A DNA stretch of 64,000 bases from the human T2T-CHM13v2.0 reference genome, Homo sapiens. This document shows positions 15,025-28,920 of this stretch, one piece after another. The first letter of the stretch is position 1. Each line of letters starts with the position of its first letter. Location of the stretch: NCBI RefSeq assembly GCF_009914755.1, contig NC_060926.1; one strand, given 5' to 3'. The notes beneath the pieces were generated by a model, which worked only from the letters and a program-made list of their open reading frames with translations, ran no database searches and had not been told where the DNA came from. Both the position numbers and the translations under genes were made by a program.

Positions 15025-15270
15025 TAACAATAACCTCTACCATTTGTATAGTATTATCTACGTGCCAGTCACCATGCTAAGAACTGCACATATATTTATT
15101 CACTTATTTATTTATTATACCAACACTCTGAAGTAGGATTCATTATTATCCCCCTTTAAGGATGAGAGAACAGAAGTGAAATAACTCCAGGACCATGCTG
15201 CTGGTTTGTGGCAGAACCAGTTTGAGCCCAGGCCATCTGCTTCCAGACACTACACTCTTGATCACTACCC
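15025..15270 (-). mobile_element. MIR SINE
   Basis: tacgtgccagtcaccatgctaag...attatccccctttaaggatgagagaac...tttgagcccaggccatctgcttccaga. Confidence 0.75.
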
Positions 15271-15419
15271 ATCCAGTCAAGGCAGTCAACTGTAATTGTC
15301 CAACCTTAATGTGAGTTCTAAACAATGATTTTTTTAAATAGCATGGTAAGGTATTTGCTATAGAGTTGAGCGTAATAATGGTAGAGAGAGAGATGTTTGA
15401 GAAAAATGCTGTATTTGGA

Positions 15420-15670
15420 AGAGGTACCACATGGTAGTTAAGTCTACTCTGGAACCAAACAGCCAGAATTTGACTCCCTGCTCCACCATTCCTTATTCTC
15501 TGTGTGAAGTTGGGCAAATTTCTTCAGTTTTCCAAGTATTGATAACTATAAAATTGGGATAATAATGATGTTTCATCACAGGATTGATGTAGGGTTTACA
15601 TGGGATAATAAATGTTCAGTATATCCCCGGCACAGAGTATTTGCTCAACACATGTCAGCTATTATCATTA
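15420..15670 (+). mobile_element. MIR SINE
   Basis: ctctggaaccaaacagccagaatttgactccctgctccacc...tgtgtgaagttgggcaaatt...aaaattgggataata...ggcacagagtatttgctcaac. Confidence 0.7.
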
Positions 15671-18600
15671 GCAGATAAAAAGATTGAAAATGAATGTCAA
15701 AGAGGACTTTGAATGCCTTTCATAGGAGTGTAAATGTTACTCCATAAGCAACAGGAAACCAGTGAAGTGTTGTGAAACAGAACAACTTAAGCATGCAGAA
15801 TAAATTATTAGTGATAATCTATAGTTTAAAAGTGTTCTCAAACAGATTATTTAATTCAACATTCACCAGTCTCAGGGGCTGGGGGTGGTGGTGATATTCT
15901 GATTACCGTTCTGCAGATAAATAAACAAAACTTTGTTTAAATGTCTTGACCAAGAGCTCATGGGCCTTAGTAGCATAGCTGTGATTTAGATTCAGGACTT
16001 CTAGTCAAAGAACAGTATAATTTTCACTGTAACACAGCTGGCAGATGATTTTAAAACACATTGTAAAGAGGCTATGTGGCAAAAGTGGGGGCAAAGCTGT
16101 TTTGGTTATTCTAAATTTGAAGTAAATTTATTTTTTAAGTTTTAAATGACAGTGGGAGAAACATAGGTATCCACTGAAGGTTTGGGACGCTGCAAGATTT
16201 GGTGTCGTTCCCATCTTTACCATTCTTTAGCTTTGTGAGAAGTCACAGACAAGTCATTTAACCTTTATGTTCCCCTGTTCGAGAAAAGAAAAATATCTCA
16301 TTCTTGGGAGTACCCAAGCAATCAAATAGCTCCCATGCCACCTGCCACCCTCCAAAAAAGCCACAACAGAAAATTCAAAAGGCAAACACACACATCGTTG
16401 TTGTTTAAAAACAAGAACTTCCATTTCCAACCTTGATTTTTTAAAACCTGTAGGAAAAAATAAAGTTAGGGCCACTGGAATTGAGAATCTATCAAATATT
16501 TTTGTTTGTTTATTAGAATAAAGTCAAATATATAGAAAACTGGGAAGATTTTTAATGCCGTTAACACACGTTAACCCATTAATAGTAGCAATGTCGTGTT
16601 GTTTTCCATTTATTGACACTTTCACTAGAAATATTTTGGGCACCCTTTTTCCTTCAGTTTGAACTGTCTTGGCTTGTTATAGATATCATATGTACTGAAT
16701 GATATTTTTCCAAGTCCAGTACTCTATCCAGAATTAATGCTTTGTTTTGTTTTGTGTTTTCCAGTTTTAGGGCTTTGCTTTCTGTGCTCCACCATAATTC
16801 CAGACATATAACTTTCTTACTTAGAGGAACAACAGTGAAATCCTAAGGTTTTTATATTATTCTCACCTTCCTTTATTGTTCTTAATCCTTCTAGAGGTAG
16901 TTGGGGTTGGGATGGAACTGCCTACTCATTCCTTTCTTTTTCTATAATCATCTGAATTTATATCTGATAATGCCTGGAGGAGAATTTTGAGATTTCTAAA
17001 ACTTTTCTCAGATACAATGCCATACATAGTAGAAATTTCTATAGGATTATTTATTTTGGGGGAGTTTGGTAACCAACAACATATTGTAAGTCTTTATAAA
17101 ATTACTGCTTGAAAAATAATGGAACTTCGACCTGTAGAATTTATGTAAAACCTGGAACATAAGATCTTATTTAACTGCTTGAAAAAAACCTGTATTAAGA
17201 ATTTATTTTTCCCCATCTCCTTTGCCTAAATTAGATAATCTGATATCTTTCTCCTGAAAGTCATAAGAAACCAATGTGAAGAATCTTTACGTGAAAGAGA
17301 GTATACGAAGAATGATGAGATAACAGACATAAATATGTTAGAGCTTGGTTTTGTTGGAATGTTAGAGACAGCACAGTGTTTTATATACTTGTGAGACAAC
17401 TTGGCTCACATGATAATAAAATCTATATTACAGAAAAGCAGTCAGCATATGAAGGAATTTTATTATTCTGCAAAGGTAATCTTGATTTATAATAAATTAA
17501 TGTTCTTTGCCACACTAGCCACAAAGATGCTTAGAAACTAAGATAACTAGAATCAGAATAACCATTTGAAACCATGTCGTCCAACATTCTTATTTTATAC
17601 AGGAGAATTCTGGGGCTCAGGAGACAGGTGAAATGGTTAACCAAGGTCACCATATTTCTAGTTTGAGGCTCCAACTAGGACCCTGACATACTGATTCTAG
17701 TGCACATCCCCTGCATTAAACCTTATTTTTTTTCAGTGTGCTCCATGTTTTGTTCACCTCAAAACAGAAAGACCTTATCTGGGATTGAGTTTTCACTCAC
17801 AGGTGAGAACAAGCAAGATTCTAGACTAGTTCCCAATCTGAGTCAATTTGAAGCAAAGTACTGGATAATAATATATGCCAACAAATAAAACAAAACTAAT
17901 AAGAAAGGGATGTTTTGTGGGCCAAAGAAGTGACTTTCACACAAGTAGAAGTAGGATCAGTGTTGAATGCACTGTAAGATGGAGGAGCAAATGAATTACA
18001 TACAAAGATACTTCAAATTGATTAAGGCAGCAAAAGACTAGCCAAGGACATTCACAGGCAACCTTATTAAAACATTTCTTCATTCTTCTTCACAAAAATC
18101 TTCCAAATCCTTGACCTGGAAGGCAAAGGCATCCAGGTAAAGAGACAGCTCATACACCATTGCACATTGTCAGAGAGCAATGCCTTTGCTTTCCAAAACC
18201 CACCAAAATTAAAAATGTAAAAGCCAGGTAAGTATGCTAAATATGGTTCATGTGACATTATTGTGCAACAGAAGCAATGACAGATGATAAAAGGAAGGCT
18301 AGATTACAGTTTGAAAATCTGTGTAATGAATGCTTCTTCCTAGTCACTGCCCAAGCAAAAGGGAGAGAAAGCAGTACCAACCTGAGGAAGGCTTCCCAGC
18401 AGAATGAAGGAGGGAAATATGCTTGGCGTAACTGTTAAGTTTTATCTTAGGGGCTGAAGGGCACTAGGCATTCATTGTGAGTAAAGAGTGGCATGCTATT
18501 TTAGAAGCTGCTTTCAGGAGAGAATACATCTGTGAAGTGGAGGGCTGTCTTCACAAGTAAAAAAATAAAATAAAATTGAATGGGTTATGTTGATGTGGAA

Positions 18601-21600
18601 AACCTTGAAATCAAGTCCAAAAGCAACCTAGAATACTTGTCCCCAGTACTTGTATTTTCTTTCAATACAGACAGCCGCTTTCTCTTCACTACACAAATTA
18701 TAATCAACCACCAGGCTTAGGAAGCAGTGTGATGTGATCAAAAGTCACTCGACTGCCCTTCTGTCCTCCTGCAAATATACTCACTGAAGTGAAGTTTCTC
18801 ACTGAAAAGTTTTCCATCACCCTTGTCCTACAGTCATGTGTGACCTCTGAAGCCTCTTGTCTTGTGTTTCTATCATCACCAGTCAAGTCGCTCCAAAGCA
18901 ATGGAGAGAAAGAAAACAGGTGAAAAGTAAGGGCCACCTGTGATGACAGATGAGCAAGGAAATCACCAAGGCAACTGAAGGGAGGCACATTTGGAAGTCC
19001 TAAAAGAAGCCAAAAATGAAAGGGCTTTACTTTTCCCCAAGGAAGTGCACAGTTTCTCTCTACCACCAAATGTTCAGTGGAGTTTTCAGTGTTTGGGAAA
19101 TGATAGTAACTCCACTCTGAAAAACCACCAACCTGATCATTGGTGTTTCCATGAGCAACCATGATAGGAGGAGCTGCATTAATGAAATCACTCATAGCTA
19201 GAGGGAGATGAGGGTTATGAGACTGAGAGCTATATATTAGCAGGTTTGGTGAAGACTAAAACCTTCCATAAAAGAAAAGAAGGCAATGCTTTAGGGACTA
19301 TTTAATGTACTCCATGGCCATAGGGGGGAGGCTAAAATTATTCAGGTTAGGCTGTCCATTCTATGAAAATTTATGCCAAAGTGAGGCTCTAAACTAAGGA
19401 AATGGGTTTGCACCACTGGTTATCAGACTTACCAATGACTGGTTTATTTGGTCAAAAAGGTCCAAATATGGAGGGGAAGATAAACACTGATTGCCCTCTC
19501 TATTACTAAGGTACTCAGCATATGGACATCTTATAAACTGATCTTATAATCATTCATTACTGATAATGAACTAAGCCTTTTTCACAAAAGAAAATGAATT
19601 TGTCACTTCCTTCAGCCAAACATCAAATATTTGGAAGGATTTTGACAGATTCTATAGATTTATTTATTTAGGTGAAAACACCAGTAGAATACTAGGCAGA
19701 TAACCAGAGGATTCATATAGATTTAGGCAAGTGTAGCAAATTTGCAAATAAAACTTTCAGTGTTTTGTTTATGGATGATCAAGTATCTCTTGGGGGAAAG
19801 GAAATCTGTGTGAAGGTTTGGCTCAGTGTCAGTGGGTCAGATTAAACTGAGAGGCAGACTACAGAGTTGTCATTCTCTGGTGCTCGAGTTTAGAGAGAGT
19901 AGGCTACAACCAAAATAGTGAGCAGAAACCAAAGAAAACTGCTTCACTATGAGCACTATGGAATAAGTGTTAGGGTTTTGGAGGGAAGGGTCAGTGAATT
20001 ACAGTCAATTTTCCTCTTCAGAATTCAAAACTAATCAAAAGACAGACACAAGAAGTATGCAGTGATTTAACAAAAATGCCTATATTATGAACTGTTAAAA
20101 GATAAACATAAGCACATTAAAATTTTAAAAAGTTGGAGGAGACAGCAGTTTATAAATCAGGCAGCTCCAGACCACAAGCAGTTTCTGGGCTGTAACAAAA
20201 GGGTGTGGGGGCGAGGGTGTTAGGGAAAGGATTTTACAAGGTGAACACAGGTGCAAGACAAAGAACACTTTTGCAGAAGCCTCATTTGGAGCATTCCAGT
20301 GGAAAGTCTTCAGTGAAAAGTTAGTTGATGTTTTTCGATTAAGCTCAAGTTTTGTTTTACCATTTACACTGGTTTTAGTTTGCTTATGTAAGAACACTGG
20401 GCACTAGAGCAGCTTTAGCCTAATGGCCTCCCACTTATGTGTTTTTATTGCTGTTGTTGTTTTTAACAGAACCAAACCTAGAATGAAAGACAAAGTTTCT
20501 AGCTACACCCAAAAGGATTTTACTAACGCTTTATCCCTGAATTAGGCAGACTTACCTAACCAGCTCCTGGCTCTGCTGGACAGCTGCATGATGCTTTCTG
20601 CATTTCGGAGAGCAGACTAGAGATAATTCATCAGGGACTGAGCCACACAATCCCAGTGACCACTGCCAAACTTACTCATCAGATATGTGCTTTACGTCTC
20701 TTCTCCAAGGAAGAGGAAATGTGGAGGGGATACTGGGAGTATGGTTGGGTGTGCTGTGTTTCTTCCCAAGGAAACATGATGAATGGGGAATACGTAGTTT
20801 TCTCAACAATACAAAGAATACAAGGAGTCAGCAGATGAGGGGCTAGAAATAAAAAGGGACAATGGAGATAGTGCTCTTAACGGACTTAGTCCTCCCTACA
20901 TATGGTATAAATAACTGAGGGTATAGACCTCAGACAATAGTAGTGGGAATTGTTTTCAACCCCATTTATGGCATGGAAGATAATGTGTTCGCCCAAAGCC
21001 CACAATATGCTGGAGTGCATGCCTCATGTTAATAAAATGTAAAATTATGTTTCAAGTAGTTTAAACCTTATATGTAGATAATTACATACAATTAGAGTAT
21101 CAATTATCCTTAAGGTCTCCCCATTTCAACCATTTGGAATCAATGAGAAGTATTTGGTTGAATAAACATTTCTTTTTAAAGATTCATTACATTTCAGGCA
21201 CTGTTTTGACAAAAGACATAGTGAGATAAATTAGATACATTCCCTGCCTTAAAAAGTTCCTATCAAATAGAATTTGTAGACATGTAGTTAAATAGTTGCA
21301 ATAAAACAAAAGTGCATTGACAGAGGCCATGGAAAAGTAGAAAATAAAGAAATGTGTTCAGATCTGCTTGGACTTCAGCAAAAGCTAAAAGTATCCTTCA
21401 ACAGGCTCCTGAAAAATGAGATGTCATCCATTGGAACTGAAGTGAGTAAAGGCATTCCAGGTAGCAGTAGCAGCAATTCTGATAAATAATGGAATTATCT
21501 GAGAAATTATAGATAATGCAATTACTAAAAGTAGAATTAAACTGGAGGATTGACAAGAGGTAAAGGTCATGATGTAGGTTGAGGCAAGCTCTTAAAATAT

Positions 21601-24600
21601 ATTGTGTACCATGTTCGTGTTATTATTACCACAATTTTATTACTTTGGTTTGCTTTTGCTCTCTTCTTTAGCAGTAGATATTGGCATCTCTTGCTAAAAA
21701 TTAGATGGGGCCTAGATATCACCTTAGAACCACTGCAGTTTGTTGCACTCAGAAGGGTAAATAAACAGCGAAAAGTCCCAATCTTTCTGGGAGGAAGGGG
21801 AGGTTCCATTCTGAGAGGAGTTTAATACTGAGCTTGGTAGTTCTACTTATATGATGTAGTAGACATTGGTCTCAGTCCTACCAGCATTTGTGGGGCTGAT
21901 TTGCATGGCAGGAGGTAATTTCATGACAAAAAAATAGATTTAGAGATCTACAGTACTTTCTGACAGCCTATAACTGACCTTGTTGTTGGCAAGTAATTGC
22001 TCCCCCAATTACTGTTACAAATGAGCTTGGCTTCAACACTGATGATAGCTGCAGAAGAGAAATGACCTCCTCCACTAGTGAATGTTGGACCAAAACTTTA
22101 AGGTCAGTTTTATCATTTTGAGAAGTCTCTCATTTTCATATAGTGCAAATTTTCTGAAGAAAAAACTAATCTTTCTCTTTGTTCTGCCACAAAGACTCAC
22201 CATTCCTGAACCACACAGATGCAAGCACCACTTGTCCACAATAGCTGATTATCTCTGCCACCTCCTCCACATGAGGTGAATGAAGTGAAAAGAATTTTAA
22301 ATCAAAGGACTTCAGCTAGCTTGGCTGGAGCCCGTCCACTAAGCAAACCACTGGGGAATGGGCATCTTTGTCTTTAATATTTGTCATTATAGATAATGAC
22401 ACTGCCTTAGTACAAGTGACTGCTATGGAAAATGGGATTCAGTCATTTTCTTTACTTGGGACTCAAATTATTAAGTTAGTTTGCACAGAGCCTCTAGCAT
22501 TTATTAACCACACTCAGTGTAACGAGATTGGACTGATCCAGTGGAGCTTTTCTTTATCACTCAACATGCTTACGAGTACTAAAGAACCCCGGGAACATAT
22601 AAGGAAGGAAAGAAAGATCCTTGAAAGAAGGAAAACTGGACTTTTGAATATCTTGCTTTGCTTGTATAAGAACCACTCAAGGATTTTGCACTTTTAGAAC
22701 TGACTGGGACAGTTTTTGAGCTCCTAAAATCTGTAGAGTGTCACTCTGGTTTAATGAAGCTGCTATAGATTTCTCCAATAACCAGGAAGGTGACACTCCA
22801 TGGTTAGAATCAAGGGAGATAAACATGATCAAATGTGCTTTGTAGCAGTCCCTACTGGCAATGATATAGTGAATGATTAGCAAGGAAGCTATTGCAAATA
22901 TTCAGGTCCAGATTGAGCAAAGCAGTAGTGATGGGGAGAAGGAACTATATCAATACTTCCTCACTGAGTATATCCACATACCATTAATGTATATTTTATT
23001 TTAGGGCATTATTCCTTGGGAAATATTTATTGCAATCCAAGTATGACAAGTTGGCTCATGTCTCAATGGATCATTTATTTGAAGGAAATGAATCAGGCCA
23101 CGTCCCACTTTTAATGACTTGGTTTGGAGCCATGTTCTCTGGGGAATGTCAGTTTCCATCTTCCTCCTAACTTTATTCCTGTGTGAAGAGTCTGGATTTT
23201 CATCTTAAAAGAAATATCAGGTGCTGGTTCTGTATAGAGTAAGTTGCTGCCAAGATGAAAAAGCTGCCTAGAAGCAATAATTGAAGGGTCAGACAAAAAT
23301 AACTGTCCAAATGGTGTTCTTATAAAATGTTCCAGAGTAACTTGTAGTTAGAAAAAGTTAGACTTGAAGGCAAAAAAAAAGGTGTAATCTTGAATTTTGT
23401 CTATTGATCACATGCAGAAGAGCTGGTTGTATATATTTTCATAATACTTTGGTAGCCAATACAATTTATGGCAAAATATTTTTCTGAGCCAAAAGATAAA
23501 CTTATAAGACAAAGAATTGTAGCCATGTATTTAAAAAGATAATGCTTTGTTTTAGAAATGAAGTACTTTGCATCATGCATTGGAATGAAAATAGAATGAA
23601 CAAACAACTAAGGAAATATAGTTTGAAGTTATTCAGCAAACACATGATAGTTATTTTCATTGTTTCTGAAATTATGTTATATATTTTAGGAAGGTGCACA
23701 CTATAAGCTTCTGTTGTGATAGATATAAAACAACAAAGACAATAACAACACACATACAAAAACAAACCCAACCAAAACTATAAAATGTGTCACATTCCTG
23801 GAGGGAAGAATAAAAGCCCACCAACTTCACAAAAATAAATAAAGTTTTTGTGTAGATTAATATCTACCTATTAATGGCTCATATTTCCTCAGAAAAAAAC
23901 TCTAATTAGAAATATTCTGTAGATGAAGGATGGGAAGAGATAACCATAAGAAATTCAACTTAGTTCTCTAGTACATGCTATAAAAGCTACATTTTCACCA
24001 CCACAAACTAGTGAATCAAAGGTATTGAGGATTCAAGCATTTTTTTCCCCAGCAGTGGATGGGCCACGTGCTCCAATCCAGCTGTCTTTTTATATTAGTG
24101 AAAAGGCTGAAGAAGCAAAGTGAAAAGGCTGAAATTTGGAGAAGCAAATTTAATTTAAAGTTAGAGAGCAATATATAATAGTGGTAAAAGAGGAAGATAA
24201 TCCTCAAAACTTTCAACTTTACCCTCTTTTCTCCTCCATCTTGGTATTTATAATTTATTCCTTCATAGGCTACCAATACACTATATTAATTTGCAATCAG
24301 AAGAAGACTAGTTAAGTAAAAAGGGAAATGGATTCTAAAAACAAAATAGTATATAATGGAATATAAAGGCCAGCTAGTTTAAGTCTTAGGCAAAGACTAG
24401 AACACCTATAAATCTCTCTCTCTCTCTCTCTCTCCCCCCCACTGTCCCTCCTTCCCTCCCTTTCTCTCTCCCTTTATTTATTTAGGAACTTTATTTTATT
24501 TAGGGAATTTATTTTATTTTATTTAGGAAATTCCTGACCACCCCAGACATTCCAGGTTTCCATATCAGTGCCAGTGATGCTCAGAAATGAATGACCCTCT

Positions 24601-26639
24601 CTTGCTCAGTCACAATTCTAAGAGAGAGAATTAGACTGTCTCAGCTTGGGTAATCAGGTATGGTCAGGGGATGGGATCACAGTTTAAATTTAATGATGGT
24701 TGGTGGAGAATCAAACTATGGCTCATAGTTCAGTTATTGAAGAAAAGCAGATGACTCTTGAATTGTAGAGATACCCCAAAGAGTGTTTACTATGCCAACT
24801 TGAATAACGTACTAGAAGTACAATGTCTAAAATGCCTTAGTTTATCAAGAGCTATACGTATTTCTTATTTCTTTCTGATATTTCTGAATAAGGAATAAGA
24901 AAGTAGGATGTCACCCTGCAATGGAATAGATACACTGATTTATTTTCTGTCAGTTAGTGTGTATGTGTGTTTAAGATCAAATTATTTCTTGACTTTCTTC
25001 TACAATAGAAAATAGAAAGGCAGTCAGCACCAAAGTCAGCTTCTTGCCCTTGACTCTACCACCTTGTCTACAAAATTCTTTTACCATATGCTCATTGCAA
25101 TGTTCAAGCAGATCTATATTATGCAGGAACCATATGTTGATTTTGCAATAGCATATTTTCTATCTTTTGAAACTGAGCCCACCATATTGTGGACGCAGGC
25201 AGTGGGAACCTCAATATCCCTCATTTGAATGTCAAGATGGCATTAAACATGTGTGCAAATGGTGCAGCTAGATATATGATTGCTTGGCTTGAATAAGTGA
25301 ATGTAAATGACTGACAGATAATTCTACCTTGTTGAGAATCCCATGAAGATTCTCAAGATTAGAAATCAACCCAAGGCAAAAGTCTTGCTCTGTTTTGGGA
25401 TCTTCAACTGTCTTTTGATCTCTGCTGAAAGGCTCTTGCTTTTTTCCTATAGTTTCCAACTTAAAGATGTTTTGGAATTGACTTTCAAAATGACAGTTGT
25501 TGGAAGAAAAGTGAAGGACAGCTTAAAAATTAAATTTGAAAAAGTAAAGCTGTCATATTGAAATTATGATGGATTTTCCTTCACAACTTTTTACAGAGAT
25601 GAAGCTTTATTTTGAAAAGTTGATAACTGTTATCCTTATGTTCATGTGTCTACATATATGTTCTATGTATTCTCATACTTTTAACTTTAGTGAAAGTTTC
25701 TTTTTAAAGGAATAAATTATTCTGTTTTGGTTGGGTGCCTAAAATGAAATCACTCTTCTCTACCCTAAAGGGTGTATCTGATAAACTAGTGAGAAACATT
25801 GAATATTGTATATTTTTGAAGCAAAAGAAGGTAATTCACAGAGATTTTTTTAAAAGGTCTTTTTTAAGGTTTTTAGAGAACTTGTTAAAAAACACCCACA
25901 ACCATATTTCGAGTCACATTTCTTCTCCTGTCTCTTCTCTCCACAAAATGCTCAGACTGCCAATTTAAAGGAAAAACATAGTCAAGCCAGATAAAAAGCA
26001 TTCAGATGAAGAGACAGTTAATTGTGGATGGTGGGGTGGTGGGGGATGGTGACCAAAGCAATCTGTTGTTTTCTTCAGAATGACTACATTTAGCCATTTC
26101 TTCCCCTGACCCATGAGACATACAGTCTAGCATTCACTAGTCTTAAGTCCCAGGTTGTAACAGTGTTGATCCACAGTGGCGAATCTTCCCCATCGTCAAC
26201 CTTCTTTTGGTCTCAGTCTTGGGAGGGGAGCTTGGGAAGGAGGAGTTAGGAACTCATAGATAAGAAAATAAGGAGAGAAATGAGTAAGAATGTGAGCAAC
26301 TGGAATCTGTGGTTTAACAATTTTAAGCAGTAAGCAAGAGCTTCTGTCTCTTCATCTAACCCAAATAAAACCATGAAGAGAGGCAATGTATTAAAATGTG
26401 ATTGCTAAAGGCACTTTTCAGCTTCATTTTTAGCTCATGGCATGACAGCCCACTGAGTTGTCATGAGAAACAAAAATTAGAATAAAACATAAATTCAAAC
26501 TTGTATAAATGGTGCATTTTAATGCTTCCTTGCTCCTTTATGATAGCAAAAACTAGGCTTTCATTCTGAGTTTTGACCATCTCCTACTCACGCTTTGACC
26601 TTGGTTCCACTCATAATTATTACAGCATACAAACAGCTA

Positions 26640-27010
26640 GCTTTCTTATCTGTATAATGGGAATGCTAACAGTACTTACTTCATAACTACTATTGTAAAG
26701 ATTGAATAAAACAATGGATATATAATACTTAGTAGAGGGCCTGGCTACTAGTAAGAGGTAAAAGAGTATTAACTATCTTACACTCATGATTTTTTTGTTA
26801 GAAATTATATACTTACATGTATAATATAAACTTATAAATATAATTATAATCTGTTATGAGTCAGAAGAATTGGATTCTAGTACTGGCTTTGCCACTAAGA
26901 AAATGGAAGTGCTTCCGATAGTCACTTAACACTTCTGGCCTCATGTGATGAAATGAAAGGTTTGGGTTAGATAATTGATATGGTAACTTCTGGGACTAAC
27001 ATTCTGTGTT
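26640..27010 (+). mobile_element. MIR-family fragments (two adjacent pieces)
   Basis: ttatctgtataatgggaatgctaacagtactt..., and gagtcagaagaattggattctagtactggctttgccact...agtcacttaac. Confidence 0.55.
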
Positions 27011-27947
27011 TTATTTCTCCACTGCAAATGTTTTCTACATTGAGAATGGCTGAGCTAGGGATCCCCCTCCACAACATAGTTCTCTTTTTAGAAATGCATA
27101 GATAAGAAGCTTTTCTTCCAAGAATCAGTTTGATGGTCAGCACCAAGTGTCACTTTCTTAGAAATTTCTGAGTCCATGCCCAGTAAAAAAAAAAAAAAAA
27201 AAAAAAAAATGTATTTCCTTACAATTGAATATTTTTAGAAAAAAAAAAGCTAGTACAGTAACAGTACTGGATGAGCAGTGGGGTCTGATGGGAGTATGAA
27301 TCATATCACAGGAATTATGGAGCAGTACAACAGTGGCTGAGGGAGAGAGCATACTGTGTAGAAGCAGATCTGGGTGGAAAGCCAGCAGTAAAACTTCTTC
27401 TGGGATCTCTAGGCACCAAATCTGATTTCATATGTGGTTCTGGCAGCGGAAGCTTCTAGGATCCCAAAAGGATATGGATAAAAGACAGTGACTAGGAATG
27501 GGTTGGAGGAAAGTATTGGCTAAAAAACAGACAGTCAGTGGCTTTCATTCAGGGAGTTTGTCCATAGGAAGCTAAAAATCAAACGGGAGTGTGTTTCAGG
27601 ATAGGGGTAACCAAGAGCAAATCCAGTCCTGGAAACTGTGGTAACATTTGGATGCAGGAGAGAAAAATTACAGGGACAAATTCCTGGACTCCACTGTTCA
27701 CCATCATGGCAACTGAATATTGAAAAAAGAGAAAACAATCTGGAGCTACCCTTTATTTCAAGGGACCACTCTAATATAATAATTGATAAGGTAACTTCTG
27801 GGTCTCATATTCTTCTGTGTCTCCCTTCTCCATTGCAAATGCTTTCTACAATGAGAATGGCTGAGGTAGAGATTCTGTCTCCAAAATGCACAGATCAGAA
27901 GTAAGCTCTCCTTCCAGAAATCAGTCTGATGGTCAGCACTGAGTCCA
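26971..27947 (+). repeat. Diverged direct duplication: copy 1 at 26971-27176, copy 2 at 27779-27947
   Basis: Shared blocks in the same order: ataattgata-ggtaacttctggg, ctcca(c/t)tgcaaatg, ttctaca-tgagaatggctgag, aaatgca-agat, atcagt-tgatggtcagcac, ctgagtcca. Confidence 0.85.
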
Positions 27948-28920
27948 ATATGAGTCCTGAGGGAGAGGTCTACATACCAGATACTTGTTCTGAGCCACTT
28001 AAAGATGAGGTTTTGGTAAAACAGATGGGCAAAAGGATAATATGCAATCTTGCTCTGATTTGGTCAAGGAAAGAACACTTTAAAACATCAAAAACATTGA
28101 TCTATATTTGACCCGAATTACAATCCTGTCCTTTTTGCTGTGATTACAGTAGAAAGTAAACTGGGTAACCACTACAACAGGTTCTTTATTTTCCGAGTCA
28201 AGGTAGCACTAGAACTAAATGCCATGGTGGCCCTCTCCCCATTGTTGCATGCAGATATCTTAGCAGGATGTTTGGTGTCTAGGTTAAAAGTAGATAAATT
28301 CTGGGGAAGGTTAAAACCCTAATGCGATTCATGACCATGACAGAAAAAGCAAAGCAGAGTTTGAGTCAGCTTCAGAAAGAAATGTGGAAGAATGAAGGCA
28401 AAAAAGGAAAGGTAAAGGAACCAACTGGGAAATATGCAAATTCCTCCATTTCCAAAATAAACTTTTCACTCTATCAATATGTCTCCCTTTGCACCTCCAC
28501 TGACAAACCCCAAAGAAAAACCTGCCCCTTAGTAGACCCAGCCTCTTACATGGAGCCCATAGTCCTGTTGAGGGGACTGGAATGTGAGAGGAACAGCCTC
28601 ACCAACTGGAAAGAAAACTAGGGCTATCAGCACATATCAATCAACATAGTTATTCATCTATAAATATTAATAGACACTCCACGAACACTTGACGTTTGAA
28701 AACAAAAAAAAAGAGACTCAACAATACAAGCAGGATAAAGGACCAAGATTAACAAGTGAAACAACTAATCATAAGCATAAAAATTTTAATTCATGGAAAA
28801 GAATGTTATAAAAATTCTCCTTAATCCACAGATAAATTATAAGCAGATTGCACCCAAATAAACAAGAACAGGATACTATATTGTATAGTATTGTCAAGAT
28901 TGTCAGATAACCAAAAAAGT

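Noticed and set aside
15025-15670. Two oppositely oriented MIRs about 150 bp apart, a possible dsRNA hairpin
   Set aside because: The copies are too diverged to pair stably, and the arrangement is common.
18704-19195. 163-aa minus-strand ORF in unique DNA
   Set aside because: No recognisable domain or splice context; the length is compatible with chance in 64 kb.
24413-24530. (TC)n tract plus three ttattttatttagg(g)aa units
   Set aside because: Low-complexity slippage products, probably inside an old MLT1-type relic that I could not delimit.
27185-27209. A25 run as the tail of a processed pseudogene
   Set aside because: No upstream AATAAA, TSD or coding similarity was found; it is noted only alongside the nearby duplication.
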